From an uncultured delta proteobacterium (lineage in GTDB: Bacteria; Myxococcota_A; Polyangia; Fen-1088): a stretch of DNA of 64,000 nucleotides. A program made the translations under genes and the position numbers. Below the pieces are notes generated by a model. It was given only the letters and a program-made list of their open reading frames with translations. It was not told where the DNA came from and searched no databases. Of this stretch, positions 40,141 to 51,285 are shown one piece after another. How positions within the stretch are numbered: position 1 is the stretch's first letter; every line of letters begins with the position of its first letter. The stretch covers positions 360,924-424,923 of the forward strand of contig CAWCMR010000009.1 in the NCBI GenBank assembly GCA_963796685.1. Direction: 5' to 3'.

Positions 40141-41277
40141 ATGGAGGCGCGCGTTCGCACTGCGGTCAAGGCCACACGGCTGCGCCTGGGCATGCAACAG
40201 CAGGATCTCGCCGAGGCCGTCGGGGTCAGCCGGCAAACGCTCAGCCTGATCGAGGCCGGCGAGACCGTTCCATCCACACAGATCGCCCTCGCCTTGGCGC
40301 GCGAGCTGTGTTGCCGGGTGGAGGATCTCTTCAGCCTGCGCAGCGACGGACAGACCATCGATGCCGAGCTCGCGGGCGAGGCAGAGCACGGGACCGGGGA
40401 GGCGCGCAAGAAACGGGTGTCGCTGGGGTGGGTCGCCGATCGGTGGGTGGCCCGGGTGCTCGAGACCGACGAAGCCCTGGCGCTCGGCACGCCGGCCGAC
40501 GGCATCGCGACCTTCTCGCATGCCAAGGGCAAGAGCCGGGCGAAGGTTCGGCCCCTGCGCGACCTGGACTCGCTCCAGCGCAATCTTCTCGTCGCCGGGT
40601 GCGATCCCGCCCTGGGCGTGCTCGGACGTCATCTAGAAGAGCGTTTCCATGGTCCCCGCCTGCACTGGATCGAGAAGGCCAGCCGGCCCGCGCTGGAAGA
40701 GCTTGCGCAGAAGCGCGTGCACATCGCCGGGATGCACCTGCTCGGGAAGGGCAGTGGCGGCGACAACGCCGCGGCCGTCCGCGAGAGGTTCGGCTCGCAG
40801 GCCATGGTGCTGGTCACCTTGGCGTCCTGGGAACAGGGCTTCGTGAGCAGGCCCGAGCGAAGGTACCGAAGCCTTACCGACCTGGAACGCAAAGGCACGC
40901 GCATCGTCGCACGCGAGGCGGGAGCAGGCGCACAAGAGCTCCTGGAAAGCGTGTACCGCAGGGCCGGCCGCCCATGGAAGCACGACACCGCGGTGGCCAT
41001 CGCGCGCGGCCATCGCGCCGTGGCGCACATGGTGGCCATGGGACTCGGCGACGTCGGGGTGGCCACGCGCTCGGCCGCAGCGAGCTTCGGCCTGCACTTC
41101 GAGCCGCTGGCGGAAGCCCGTTTCGATTTGGTCTTTCCGGCAACCATGGCCGCGCAGCCGCAGGTACAGGTGCTGCTCGATTGTCTGGCGAGCGCGCGCT
41201 TTCGCCAGGACATCGCGGGCATGACCGGCTACCAGACCGCACGCACGGGCATGGCCTCCACCGAGGCCCAGCCTTGA
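40141..41277 (+). CDS. XRE-HTH + periplasmic-binding-like (molybdate-binding) transcriptional regulator
   Basis: QQDLAEAVGVSRQTLSLIEAG..VEDLF; LLVAGCDPAL, HIAGMHL, REAGAG, FEPLAEARFDL. Confidence 0.88.
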   Translation: MEARVRTAVKATRLRLGMQQQDLAEAVGVSRQTLSLIEAGETVPSTQIALALARELCCRVEDLFSLRSDGQTIDAELAGEAEHGTGEARKKRVSLGWVADRWVARVLETDEALALGTPADGIATFSHAKGKSRAKVRPLRDLDSLQRNLLVAGCDPALGVLGRHLEERFHGPRLHWIEKASRPALEELAQKRVHIAGMHLLGKGSGGDNAAAVRERFGSQAMVLVTLASWEQGFVSRPERRYRSLTDLERKGTRIVAREAGAGAQELLESVYRRAGRPWKHDTAVAIARGHRAVAHMVAMGLGDVGVATRSAAASFGLHFEPLAEARFDLVFPATMAAQPQVQVLLDCLASARFRQDIAGMTGYQTARTGMASTEAQP

Positions 41278-42074
41278 ATCGTGCATTTGTCCGGGCCCTG
41301 CTGGGCGCCGCGTGCCTCACGGCGCAGGCTTGCGCGCCGGCGGCGCAGGCGACCGAGAGACAAGAGCTGGTCGTGTTCGCCGCGGCCTCGCTGCGCGAGG
41401 TTTGCCAAGGCCTTGCCCTTGCCTTCGAAAAGCAGCACCCGAACCTCGAGGTTCGCTTCAACTTCGCCGGCAGTCAGGAGCTGCGCGTGCAGATCGAGCA
41501 CGGCGCAAGGCCGGATGTCTTCGCCTCCGCCGACTGGAAGAACATGAAACCGCTGGTCGCGCAGGGGCTGGTGACCGAGCCCGCGGTCTTCGCGCGCAAT
41601 CTCCCGGTGGTCGTCGTGCCCAAGAGCAATCCGGCCAAGGTACGAAGCTTTGCCGAGCTTCCGAGGGCGACGCACCTGCTGCTGGGCGCGGCCGAGGCGC
41701 CCATCGGCGCTTACACCGATGCCATCTTGGCGGCAGCCGAAAAGCGGTACGGCAAGGCCTTCGGCGAAGCGGTCCGAGCCAATGTGCGCTCGCGCGAGCT
41801 GAACGTCCGCCAGGTGTTGACGAAGGTGGCCATGGGCGAAGCCGACGCGGGCATCGTCTACCAGACCGACGCCCTGACCATGCCCGACCGGGTGCAGGTC
41901 GTGGAGATCCCGAGCACGATCAATGTGGTCGCCGAATACCCCGTCGCCGCCCTCGATGCAGCGCCTACGGGCGCTCTGGCACGCGACTTCGTGAAGCTGG
42001 TCATGTCCAAGGAAGGCGAGAAGGTATTGACCGCCGCGGGCTTTGGCACGGATGGAAAGCAGGCAAGGAAGTGA
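41274..42074 (+). CDS. modA: Molybdate ABC transporter substrate-binding protein
   Basis: TTG start overlapping the upstream stop; VFAAASL, FAGSQEL, DVFASAD, PIGAYT, NVRQVL..GEADAGIVY.TD, YPVA. Confidence 0.92.
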   Translation: MNRAFVRALLGAACLTAQACAPAAQATERQELVVFAAASLREVCQGLALAFEKQHPNLEVRFNFAGSQELRVQIEHGARPDVFASADWKNMKPLVAQGLVTEPAVFARNLPVVVVPKSNPAKVRSFAELPRATHLLLGAAEAPIGAYTDAILAAAEKRYGKAFGEAVRANVRSRELNVRQVLTKVAMGEADAGIVYQTDALTMPDRVQVVEIPSTINVVAEYPVAALDAAPTGALARDFVKLVMSKEGEKVLTAAGFGTDGKQARK

Positions 42075-42900
42075 CCAGCAAGCTCCTCACCCGCCCCCGA
42101 GCCCGATGGCTCTACGGCACAGCCATGGTCGGTCTGGGCGGCCTGCTGCTGCTCTTCCTCGTGCTTCCCTTCCTGGCCCTGGTTCTCGACGGCGGGCCCG
42201 ACTCCATTCTGCGTGGGCTCGGGTGCGCGCTGACTTGGCCTGCGCTGCGCCTGAGCGTGGGCACCAGCCTCATCTCGGTGGCGCTGGTGGTCGTGGGCGG
42301 CACACCGCTGGCATGGTGGCTGGCGCGCTCGCGCTGGCGTTCGGCGCGCTGGCTGGAGATCCTGCTACAACTCCCGGTGGTCATTCCGCCCGCGGTGGGC
42401 GGCATCGCCTTGCTGCTCGCCTTTGGCCGAAGAGGGTTGTTCGGCGGCGTCCTCGACCGCCTGGGCTGGTCGCCCGCCTTCAGCTCCGTGGCGGTCGTCA
42501 TGGCCCAGGTCTTCGTCTCGGCGCCGTTCTACATGCAGGCCGCGGTGCAAGCCTTCGGCCGCCTGGATCGCAACCTGCTGGCCGTGGGACGCAGCTTGGG
42601 TGCCTCACCGCCGCGGCTGTTCTTTCGCGTCGCCCTGCCGCTCGCGCGCCCGTGGCTGATTGGCGGCGCGGCCATGACCTGGGCGCGCGCGCTGGGGGAG
42701 TTCGGCGCCACCTTGATGTTCGCCGGCAACATGACGGGAAGGACGCAGACCCTGCCCCTGGCCATCTACACCGCCTTGGAGCTCGACATTCACACCGCGC
42801 AGGCTCTTTCGCTCTTGCTGGTCGCGTTCGCCTTCGCCCTCCTGCTCCTTCTCCGACGCTTCAATCGCACGCTCGAAGCCGCGCGAAGGCCGGTGTCGCC

Positions 42901-42904
<4 letters not shown>
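42071..42904 (+). CDS. modB: Molybdate ABC transporter permease
   Basis: LPVVIPPAVGGIALLLAFGRRG, WARALGEFGATLMFAGN, TQTLPLAIY. Confidence 0.93.
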
Positions 42905-43701
<797 letters not shown>

Positions 43702-43718
43702 AGTAGGAGGTTCTTGCC

Positions 43719-45263
43719 ATGTCATCGCGTATCGCTCGCAAGCTCAGCCCTGCCCTCGCCGCCCTGGTGACCGTCTGGCTCTCGCTCTCGGGATGTGGCA
43801 GCGATTCGGGGCCCCAAGCCATCGATGCCGGATGGGACCTGACCGGCCCGAGCCTGGATGCAGGCGTGGGCGATGCCTTCGCACAAGACGACGTCTCGGT
43901 CGCGCCCTTCGATGCCGCGCAGATCGACGCCGCGCCAAACGATACCGGACCGGTCGTCGACACCGGCTCCGCCTTGGACAGCGCGGGCATCGATGGGGCG
44001 CCCATGCCCGCATGCGCGTCCTTGGTGAATCCACTCTACATCATGAGCGGCGATACCCAGGTTCCGGTGGTGAAGACGCTCGGCAAGGCCTTGCGCCAGG
44101 GTCCGAATCCCGTGACCCTGGTCTGGTACGCGACCGGCTCCTGCACCATCGTCGACGCCCTCTACAACGGCACCCCGCTGAAACAGGTGCCGTCCTACAT
44201 CCCCGACGATCCCACGTGGGATCCCAGCGCCGGTGCGGTCCCGAGCTGCGCCTTGGAGAGCGCGGGCCACAGCCTGGACATCGGCATCCCCATCGTCTTC
44301 CCCGAATCGTGCACCAGCACCACCCCACCCGCGGACCTGGCTGCATTCAAGGGTCCGGTGCAATCGATGATCTTCGTCGTTCCGCACAGCGCTTCGCCCG
44401 AGGTGATCAGCTCGGCCCAGGCAAAGCTGGTCTTCGGCCAAGGCGCCGCGGGCAACGTCGCGCCGTGGACCGACCCAACCTTCTATTTCATCCGCCCGCC
44501 GACCAAGGGCACGCAGGTCAGCCTGGGCGCCCTCATCGGTCTGCCGGCGGCGCAATGGCTCGGCCAACAGATCAACCTTTCTCCCGACGTGGCGACCAAA
44601 GTGGCAACGTCGACGTCTCCCGAGAAGACCATCGGCATCCTGGGCAGTGAAATCCTCGACAGCGGCAGCAACCGAACCAGCCTGAAGGCGCTGGCCTTCC
44701 AGGCCACCGGACAAACGAACGGCTTCCTGCCCGATTCCACGGCCACGACGTTCGACAAGCGCAGCGTTCGCGAAGGCCACTACCCGGCATGGTCCCACGT
44801 GATCTATCTGACCAAGGTCGCGGCCATCGATGGTGGCGCCGCCCAACCGGTCAATGCCAACGCCAAGCTGTTCATCGACATCCTGACCGATGCGGCGAAT
44901 CCCGGCGTCCCGGCCGGCCTCGATCCGGTTGCGCTGGTGGCCAACAAGGGCCTTGTCCCCCTGTGCGCCATGACCGTGACCCGCTCCGCCGAGGGTGGCA
45001 ACCTTTCGCCCTTTGCCCCGCCCGATCCGTGCGGCTGCTCCTACGAGAGCAAGGTCGGCACGGCGCCTGCCTCGTGCGTGACCTGCGCGGCGACGACCCC
45101 CTGTGCTGCTGGCACCACGTGCCGCCACGGCTTCTGCGAGACCGACGACGGGCGAACCTCCCTCGCTGATTGCAGCGCGCTTCCCACAAACGCCACCCAC
45201 GCGCAGATCATCAACAACGCCTGCACGGCCGGCGCGCGCTTCGAGAGCGATCCCATCCCGTGA
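43719..45263 (+). CDS. Lipoprotein with PstS/PBP2-like substrate-binding fold and Cys-rich C-terminus
   Basis: AGGAGG RBS; lipobox LSGC; DAG-rich linker; YIMSGDT, ATGSC, FIRPPTKGTQ, VREGHYPAWS resemble PstS-family segments. Confidence 0.65.
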   Translation: MSSRIARKLSPALAALVTVWLSLSGCGSDSGPQAIDAGWDLTGPSLDAGVGDAFAQDDVSVAPFDAAQIDAAPNDTGPVVDTGSALDSAGIDGAPMPACASLVNPLYIMSGDTQVPVVKTLGKALRQGPNPVTLVWYATGSCTIVDALYNGTPLKQVPSYIPDDPTWDPSAGAVPSCALESAGHSLDIGIPIVFPESCTSTTPPADLAAFKGPVQSMIFVVPHSASPEVISSAQAKLVFGQGAAGNVAPWTDPTFYFIRPPTKGTQVSLGALIGLPAAQWLGQQINLSPDVATKVATSTSPEKTIGILGSEILDSGSNRTSLKALAFQATGQTNGFLPDSTATTFDKRSVREGHYPAWSHVIYLTKVAAIDGGAAQPVNANAKLFIDILTDAANPGVPAGLDPVALVANKGLVPLCAMTVTRSAEGGNLSPFAPPDPCGCSYESKVGTAPASCVTCAATTPCAAGTTCRHGFCETDDGRTSLADCSALPTNATHAQIINNACTAGARFESDPIP

Positions 45264-46559
45264 AGGCCCGAATCCTCGTTTCCATTCTGAGCGGAGTCGC
45301 TCTATTCGGCGGATCGCGTCTCGCCTCGACGGCGGACGTGGTCGCGCCGACCGATGCGACCCTGACCAATCGGTCCCCGGGATCGTCTGAAGGAGAGGAT
45401 TGGAATCTCGCGCTCAGTGGCTTCCTGCAAGCCGATGCCGTGGTGATGGACCAGTCTTCCCAGGATCAACTTTCTCCCTCTGGGGGAACGCCTCTCAACA
45501 CCGAGCGATTCTTCGTTCGACGGGCGCACGTGACCGTTGAAGCCCACCGTCGCGCCCTCGGCGCCGTGCTCGAGCTCGAGGGAAGCACGGTGAGCGGCAT
45601 GGCCCTCGGGTTGGCGCGGGCCGAGATCGAGATGGGCTGGCAGCGTCCCGCGTGGAACCTGGAGCTGGGGCTTGGCCTGGTTCGTATCCCATTCGGTCTG
45701 GAAGTTCAGGAATGGTATCCAGACCGTTTCTTTCTGGAACGAAGCAATGTCAGTCGGGCGCTCTTCCCTGGTGTCTTCGACTTGGGGGCGCGTGCCCAGG
45801 CATCGTGGCGCTTCTTCCACGCCCAGGCCGCGGTGATGAACGGTAACCCGCTCGGGGACGCATCCTTCCCCGCGCGGGATCCGAACGCGGCCAAGGACAT
45901 CGTCGGCAGGCTTGGCCTGGATACCACCCTCGCGGCCAAGGTCCATATCAGCGCCGGTGTCTCTTCGCTCAAAGGCACGGGGTTCCATCCCGGCACGCCC
46001 GCAACCAAGGATGTCCTGTTCTGGCGCGACCAGAACGAGGACGGCATCGTCCAGCTCGAGCGAGATCCAGGTGATTCCCGGGCGCGCGGCCACGCCCTCG
46101 CAGAACTTCTCGCGCTTCGCCGTGGGCGCCGACGGTCGCCTCGGCGTGGCGGTGCCCCGCCTCGGAAATTCCGTCGTCTTCGGTGAAATGGTGTGGGCCG
46201 CCAATCTGGATCGGGGGTTGATCCCGGCCGATCCCATTGCTTCCGGACGCGACCTGCGTGAATTCGGCTGGGTGGTGGGCGTCAGCCAGGAGGTCACCTC
46301 GCGCGCTGCCCTCGGCATCCGCTACGACTTCTACAATCCCGACCTCGACGGCTTTCGCCAGACCCCCACCGCCATCGCGCCCAAGGACATGGCGTTCCGC
46401 ACCTGGACCTTCGCGCTGTCGTGGGGAGGGCTCGGTCGCAACCGATTGGTCCTCGAATATCAACACAATCGCAATGCCCTGGCCGTGGCCGCGGATGGAT
46501 CGCCCACCAGCTTGGCCGCCGACACCCTGACCCTGCGCGGGCAAATGGTGTTCCAATGA
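45260..46559 (+). CDS. Outer-membrane beta-barrel porin (OprO/P-like); apparent +1 frameshift at about 46058
   Basis: GTGA overlap; signal peptide; LSGFLQAD, RFFVRRA, GLVRIPFGLE, FLERS, AVMNG, KDIVGRL; C-terminal TLRGQMVFQ in the next frame. Confidence 0.72.
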
Positions 46560-47452
46560 GATGCTGGTCGCTTGCCCTCGTCTTGGCCACGGCGGCCTGT
46601 GGAGGCGTGGCCAGCGACACCGGCCTGGAGGCGCTCGTGCGCGTGCAAGGCGGCCAGTTCTACCGTGGCGCCATCGACCAGGTACCTGCCGCGTCCGCCC
46701 CGATTGTCGTGGATGTGCTCAACAGTCAGACCGTGGTCACGCCCGGCCTGCAGAACAAACGAATCTCCGGCCGCCTGGATCCGGGCGCGACCGCGGTGGC
46801 CATCGGCTTCGCCGGCGACACCGGTTACTGGATTCTTCCGGCGGACGTTCCCGACGCGGACAGTCCCACCCAACCGACCTTCCACGCCAATCTGTCCTTT
46901 TCCCCCACGCTGCCCGCGAAATCCTACGATCTGATCGTGCGCGCCTCGGCGCCCCCCGGCGGGTTGGGACCACCGGCACATGTGGCCCTGGATGTCGAGC
47001 AGACCCTGCCTCCCACCGGAGCCCTGGTGGTTTCGCTGTGGTGGGACACGGAGTCCGATCTCGACCTGCACGTCGTCGATGCTTACGGCGTCGAGATTTG
47101 GACCGGCAACATCAATTCCTACGATCCCTACGCCGCCACCCCGACCACCGATGCCGGCGCCTGGAACGAGGGTGGCATCCTCGACTTCGATTCCAATGCC
47201 GGGTGTGTCGTCGACGGACGCTGCAATGAAAACGTGGTCTGGTCGGCGGGCCCGCCAGCCGGAAACTACGTGGCTCGCGTCGATGCCTTTTCCCTTTGCG
47301 GAAACTCCGCCGCGCGCTGGACCTTGGAGGCGTTCCTAAATGGGCTCTCCCTGGGCCGGGCCGAGGGAGAGGCAGTTCCGTCGAGTCAGCGTTTCACCAA
47401 GAGCAAGGGCGGCGGGCTCGCGGCCTTGTCGTTCACCATCCCGCCGCCATGA
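46556..47452 (+). CDS. Lipoprotein with YfaP/DUF2135-like C-terminal domain
   Basis: Lipobox TAAC; LVVSLWWDTESDLDLHVVD, GILDFDSN, ENVVW, GNYVARVD. Confidence 0.72.
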   Translation: MRCWSLALVLATAACGGVASDTGLEALVRVQGGQFYRGAIDQVPAASAPIVVDVLNSQTVVTPGLQNKRISGRLDPGATAVAIGFAGDTGYWILPADVPDADSPTQPTFHANLSFSPTLPAKSYDLIVRASAPPGGLGPPAHVALDVEQTLPPTGALVVSLWWDTESDLDLHVVDAYGVEIWTGNINSYDPYAATPTTDAGAWNEGGILDFDSNAGCVVDGRCNENVVWSAGPPAGNYVARVDAFSLCGNSAARWTLEAFLNGLSLGRAEGEAVPSSQRFTKSKGGGLAALSFTIPPP

Positions 47453-49497
47453 GACTGCGCGCGGGCATCTTCGTCCTGGCAACGTTCACGACTGCATCCA
47501 CGCGAGCGGCGAGCTCTCCCGAGAGCTACGAAACCGTCGTGATCGCGCCATCCGCAAAAGAGGCCGGCGAGGCCGGGCTGCCTCCCGAAGAGCTGCGCGA
47601 GGCGCCCGGGGCCCAGGGCGATGCGGGCAAGGCGCTGGAAAACCTCCCGGGCGTGGGGCGGCCCGCGCTCGGCGGCGGCGAATTGGTGGTGTGGGGCGCG
47701 ACGCCCGACGAGACGCGGGTGGTGATCGACGGCATGGAGATCCCCGCGCTCTACCATCTGGGCGGGCTGCGCTCGACCGTGCACACCGGGTTCGTGCGCA
47801 GCCTTGCACTCGTCCCGGGCGGCTACGGCGCCGAGTACGGTCGCGGCCTCGGCGGCCTGGTCCGCATGGCCAGTCGCGAGCCGCCAGGCGAGAGCTATCA
47901 AGGTGAGGTGGACGCGGATGCCCTTGATGCCTCGTTCGCGGCCGGCGCCGCGGTCGGGAACGGTGGAGGCGTTCTGGCCGCAGGCCGCTTCGGCTATCTC
48001 AATCGCATCCTCGGCGGCACACTGTCATCGAACACGCGCCGGCTCTTTCCACTCCCGCGCTATCGCGACTTTCAGGGCAAGGTGCTGGTGCCTCTGCGCG
48101 ACGATGAAAGGGCGGAGCTCATCTTCCTCGCATCCTCCGACTCCAGTGCCATCACAGGCAACAGCGCAACCCCATCCTCCGCGGCCTCCCAAGAGCAGGA
48201 TCGATCCTTTTCGCGTCTCGGGCTCCGCTATGCGCGCGCCCTGGCGGACGGCTCTGGCGCGTCCCTGACCCCCTTCGTGGGTTGGGAGCACAACGGCCAA
48301 GCTCGAAGCGCGGGGCTAGCCCTGGCAAGCGAATCCATCGACTCGACCGTCCTCGGCTTGCGTGGGGACTATGTCGTTCCATTTTCCCCGTGGTCGCTCT
48401 TGACGCTTGGCTTCGACGGAATGACGACCTGGTCGAGCGTGCGGCGGGTCGGGTCTGCCACCCTGCCCGCGCGCGAAGGTGACATCGTCGCTTTCGGCCA
48501 ACCCATGTCGGGGGGTGCCAGCGCCGACGCGTGGTCCACGGCGATCGGCAATCTCGCGCCGTATGCATCGCTGGAGCTCGTGCGCGGGCGCTGGCGCGTG
48601 CTGCCGTCGTTTCGCTTCGACGGCTACGCTCTCTCCACCAATCGCGCCTCGCCACCGACCGGCATCACACCCCAAGTTGGAACCTCGCGCCTGTCGTGGT
48701 CGCCATCTCCGCGACTTGCCGTCGCCCACCAGACTCGCTCTTGGTTGCGCGAGGACATTGCGCTCGGCCTGTATCACCAGGCCCCATCGCCGGACGACCT
48801 GAGCGCCGTCTTCGGCTCGCCCAACCTGGGCATCGAGCACGCCCTGCACGCGGTGGTGGGGATGGATATGGATCTCGGCCACAAGCTCGGCGTGCAGCCC
48901 ACGCTTTTCTACCGGCGCATGTGGGGGCTGGTGATGCGCAATCCCGCTCCAAGTCCGCCGCTCGCGCAGGCGCTGGTGCAGGATGGACAGGGCCGCGTCC
49001 TCGGTGCCCAGATCCTGCTGCGGTTCACGCCCCATCCCGCCCTCTCGGGCTGGGTGGCCTACACCCTCAGCCGCAGCGAGCGCCGGCACGAAGGCGACGC
49101 TTCCTACCGGCTGCTCGACCAGGACCAGACCCATCTTCTGACCGCGGTCGGGAACGCGACCTTGCATGGTTTCGTCGTCGGCTTTCGTTTCCGCCTGGCC
49201 ACCGGCATGCCGCGAACGCCGGTCATCGGCAGTTACCTCGATACGACGACAGGACAGTACCAGCCCATCTTCGGCGCGCAAAACTCCGTTCGCCTGCCGG
49301 TCTTCTATGCCCTCGATGCGCGCCTGGAAAGGCGCTTTTACCGTCGCGCGGTGGACCTCGTTCCCTACTTGGAGGTCCTCAACCTCACGAACCACGCGAA
49401 CGTCGAGGAGTGGGCCTACGACGAGCAATTCGCCTCGCGATCGAACATCACCGGCCTGCCCATTCTGGCCGTGGCCGGACTTTCGGTGAGGTTCTGA
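47449..49497 (+). CDS. TonB-dependent receptor
   Basis: TonB-box-like ETVVI; plug ALENLPGV, VIDGMEIPALYHLGG, GGYGAEYGRGLGG; WVAYTLSRSER, LDARLE, NLTN, C-terminal F. Confidence 0.9.
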   Translation: MRLRAGIFVLATFTTASTRAASSPESYETVVIAPSAKEAGEAGLPPEELREAPGAQGDAGKALENLPGVGRPALGGGELVVWGATPDETRVVIDGMEIPALYHLGGLRSTVHTGFVRSLALVPGGYGAEYGRGLGGLVRMASREPPGESYQGEVDADALDASFAAGAAVGNGGGVLAAGRFGYLNRILGGTLSSNTRRLFPLPRYRDFQGKVLVPLRDDERAELIFLASSDSSAITGNSATPSSAASQEQDRSFSRLGLRYARALADGSGASLTPFVGWEHNGQARSAGLALASESIDSTVLGLRGDYVVPFSPWSLLTLGFDGMTTWSSVRRVGSATLPAREGDIVAFGQPMSGGASADAWSTAIGNLAPYASLELVRGRWRVLPSFRFDGYALSTNRASPPTGITPQVGTSRLSWSPSPRLAVAHQTRSWLREDIALGLYHQAPSPDDLSAVFGSPNLGIEHALHAVVGMDMDLGHKLGVQPTLFYRRMWGLVMRNPAPSPPLAQALVQDGQGRVLGAQILLRFTPHPALSGWVAYTLSRSERRHEGDASYRLLDQDQTHLLTAVGNATLHGFVVGFRFRLATGMPRTPVIGSYLDTTTGQYQPIFGAQNSVRLPVFYALDARLERRFYRRAVDLVPYLEVLNLTNHANVEEWAYDEQFASRSNITGLPILAVAGLSVRF

Positions 49498-50396
49498 TGC
49501 GCCCGTCCCCCCTGCTCGCGTTCCTGTTGCTCGTCGGCTGCACGCCGAAGATGGAAATTTCTGCATCGTCGATCCTGGACGAGAGGATCGTCGGCGTGCG
49601 CGGTGAGCCCGCCGAAGCGGGTCCAAGCGACACCGTGGCATACACGAGCCTGGTGGTTTCTCCGTCGGGGACCGTGGACGAAGAGGGCTTGCTGTGGAGG
49701 CTGTGCAAATTGCGCAAGCCGGTGGCGGAGAACACGCCCGTCAGTCAAGACTGCCTTACCCAGGACTTGCCGCAATCGGCGCAGGGGGCGCAGGTTTCGA
49801 TCCCGATGCCCGGCACGGCCTGCGTGAATTTCGGACCGCTCGCCCCACCGTCGAGCAGCGGGACCCTCCGCCCCACCGATCCGGACGCGACAGGCGGCTA
49901 CTACCAGCCCATCCGGCTGGCTCTGGGCGCGCAGCAGGCGATCTTCCGCGAACGCGTACACTGCGATCTGGCCGGCGCCTCGCTGCTCCTGTCGCAAGAA
50001 TTCCGCGCCAGCTACACCTTGAACCAGAATCCCACCCTCGTATCCCTGTCGGCCTTCGTCGGCGACCAGCCGGTCTCACTCGACGCGCTTCCAGCCGGCC
50101 AGCGCATCCGCCTGGTCGCCGAATGGTCGCCCGATTCGGCCGAGACCTTTCCCGTCTTCGATCCGGTGTCGCAAACCCTCGCCGAGCAGCGCGAAGCGCT
50201 TTGGCTCTCGTGGTACGTCACCGCCGGAGCCTTCGACGACTCCACGACGGGACGCGCGACCGACGATCCCACCACCTGGTCTGACAACGCATGGCAGTCG
50301 CCGAGCGCGCCGGGAACCGTCTTCCTGTGGCTCGTCCTTCACGACAGCCGCGGCGGAACCGATTTCGCCGCGTACGTGCTGACGGTGGTGCTGTAG
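49497..50396 (+). CDS. Lipoprotein accompanying the TonB-dependent receptor
   Basis: TGATG overlap; lipobox LVGC; RIVGVRGEPAE, SWYVTAG, LWLVLHDSRGG. Confidence 0.75.
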   Translation: MRPSPLLAFLLLVGCTPKMEISASSILDERIVGVRGEPAEAGPSDTVAYTSLVVSPSGTVDEEGLLWRLCKLRKPVAENTPVSQDCLTQDLPQSAQGAQVSIPMPGTACVNFGPLAPPSSSGTLRPTDPDATGGYYQPIRLALGAQQAIFRERVHCDLAGASLLLSQEFRASYTLNQNPTLVSLSAFVGDQPVSLDALPAGQRIRLVAEWSPDSAETFPVFDPVSQTLAEQREALWLSWYVTAGAFDDSTTGRATDDPTTWSDNAWQSPSAPGTVFLWLVLHDSRGGTDFAAYVLTVVL

Positions 50397-50614
50397 AAGG
50401 GGGCATCCGTGCCATTCCCTGGTGGTGGGTGTAGTGGCGCGAGCGCTTCGAGGTGATGTGCGTCCGGCGATGGCGCGAGCGCGCTTGGCGCTCCAGAGCA
50501 TCGCGGCGACACGGCAGGACATCGTTGTGGCGTGATTCGCTAGCCCGGCGATGTCCAGGAAGTTAGCCTTGAGCAATATGATGCTGACTCATGGCGCTCG
50601 GGTGATAGATTTCT

Positions 50615-51250
50615 GTGGATCGTCGGTCAAGGCCGGTCCTCCCTGGTCCTCCCTCCATAGCAATCCTTTCCCCATCCAGCGGGGTTTTCCATGCCGATTT
50701 CCCGGAGTTGCCAAAGAGCATGCCTCCAGCGGCAACGAGCATCGCCGATCCTCTTTGCGTTAGGGCCGGGAGCTGTCGCATCGCGCGGACTTGGAACGTC
50801 CCGAAGTGCGCAGGAATGAAAGTCGTGGACACTCGATCGACTCTCGGACCCACCAAACCCGACGATGCTGCTGAGTGCGTGCGGCGATCCTATTGGCTAG
50901 TTCGAGGAGCCGATACCGTGCCGGTTCTCCTGGCCAAGGACTGCGAAGTCCAAACCGCGGCGGCGACCACGGGAACCTCGACCGTCGAAATCCACAAGCG
51001 CGACATCTTCTTCAAATACGTGGAGATCGAATATGACAGTGACTGTCTCTCTCGACAAATCGGCATCCACCTGGATACGCTCAGGGTGTTCCAAGAAGGC
51101 GAGCGCCAGGGGACGTATCGGAACGGGCGATGCGAAAGCCCGGCCTCGTCACGGCGAATTCGTCTTCCCCGCGGCAAGGGAACTATCGGTTCTCCGTTGA
51201 TAGAGCTCGATGGAGCCGATCAAACAAATACAGGGCCACGATCGCGATAA
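50615..51250 (+). CDS. Hypothetical Cys-containing protein at the edge of the T6SS island (possible orphan immunity protein; start uncertain)
   Basis: 211-aa ORF in lower-GC DNA just upstream of vgrG. Confidence 0.45.
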   Translation: MDRRSRPVLPGPPSIAILSPSSGVFHADFPELPKSMPPAATSIADPLCVRAGSCRIARTWNVPKCAGMKVVDTRSTLGPTKPDDAAECVRRSYWLVRGADTVPVLLAKDCEVQTAAATTGTSTVEIHKRDIFFKYVEIEYDSDCLSRQIGIHLDTLRVFQEGERQGTYRNGRCESPASSRRIRLPRGKGTIGSPLIELDGADQTNTGPRSR

Positions 51251-51285
51251 CGACCACAAACTTGGACTAGAAGCCAGGAGAAGAC

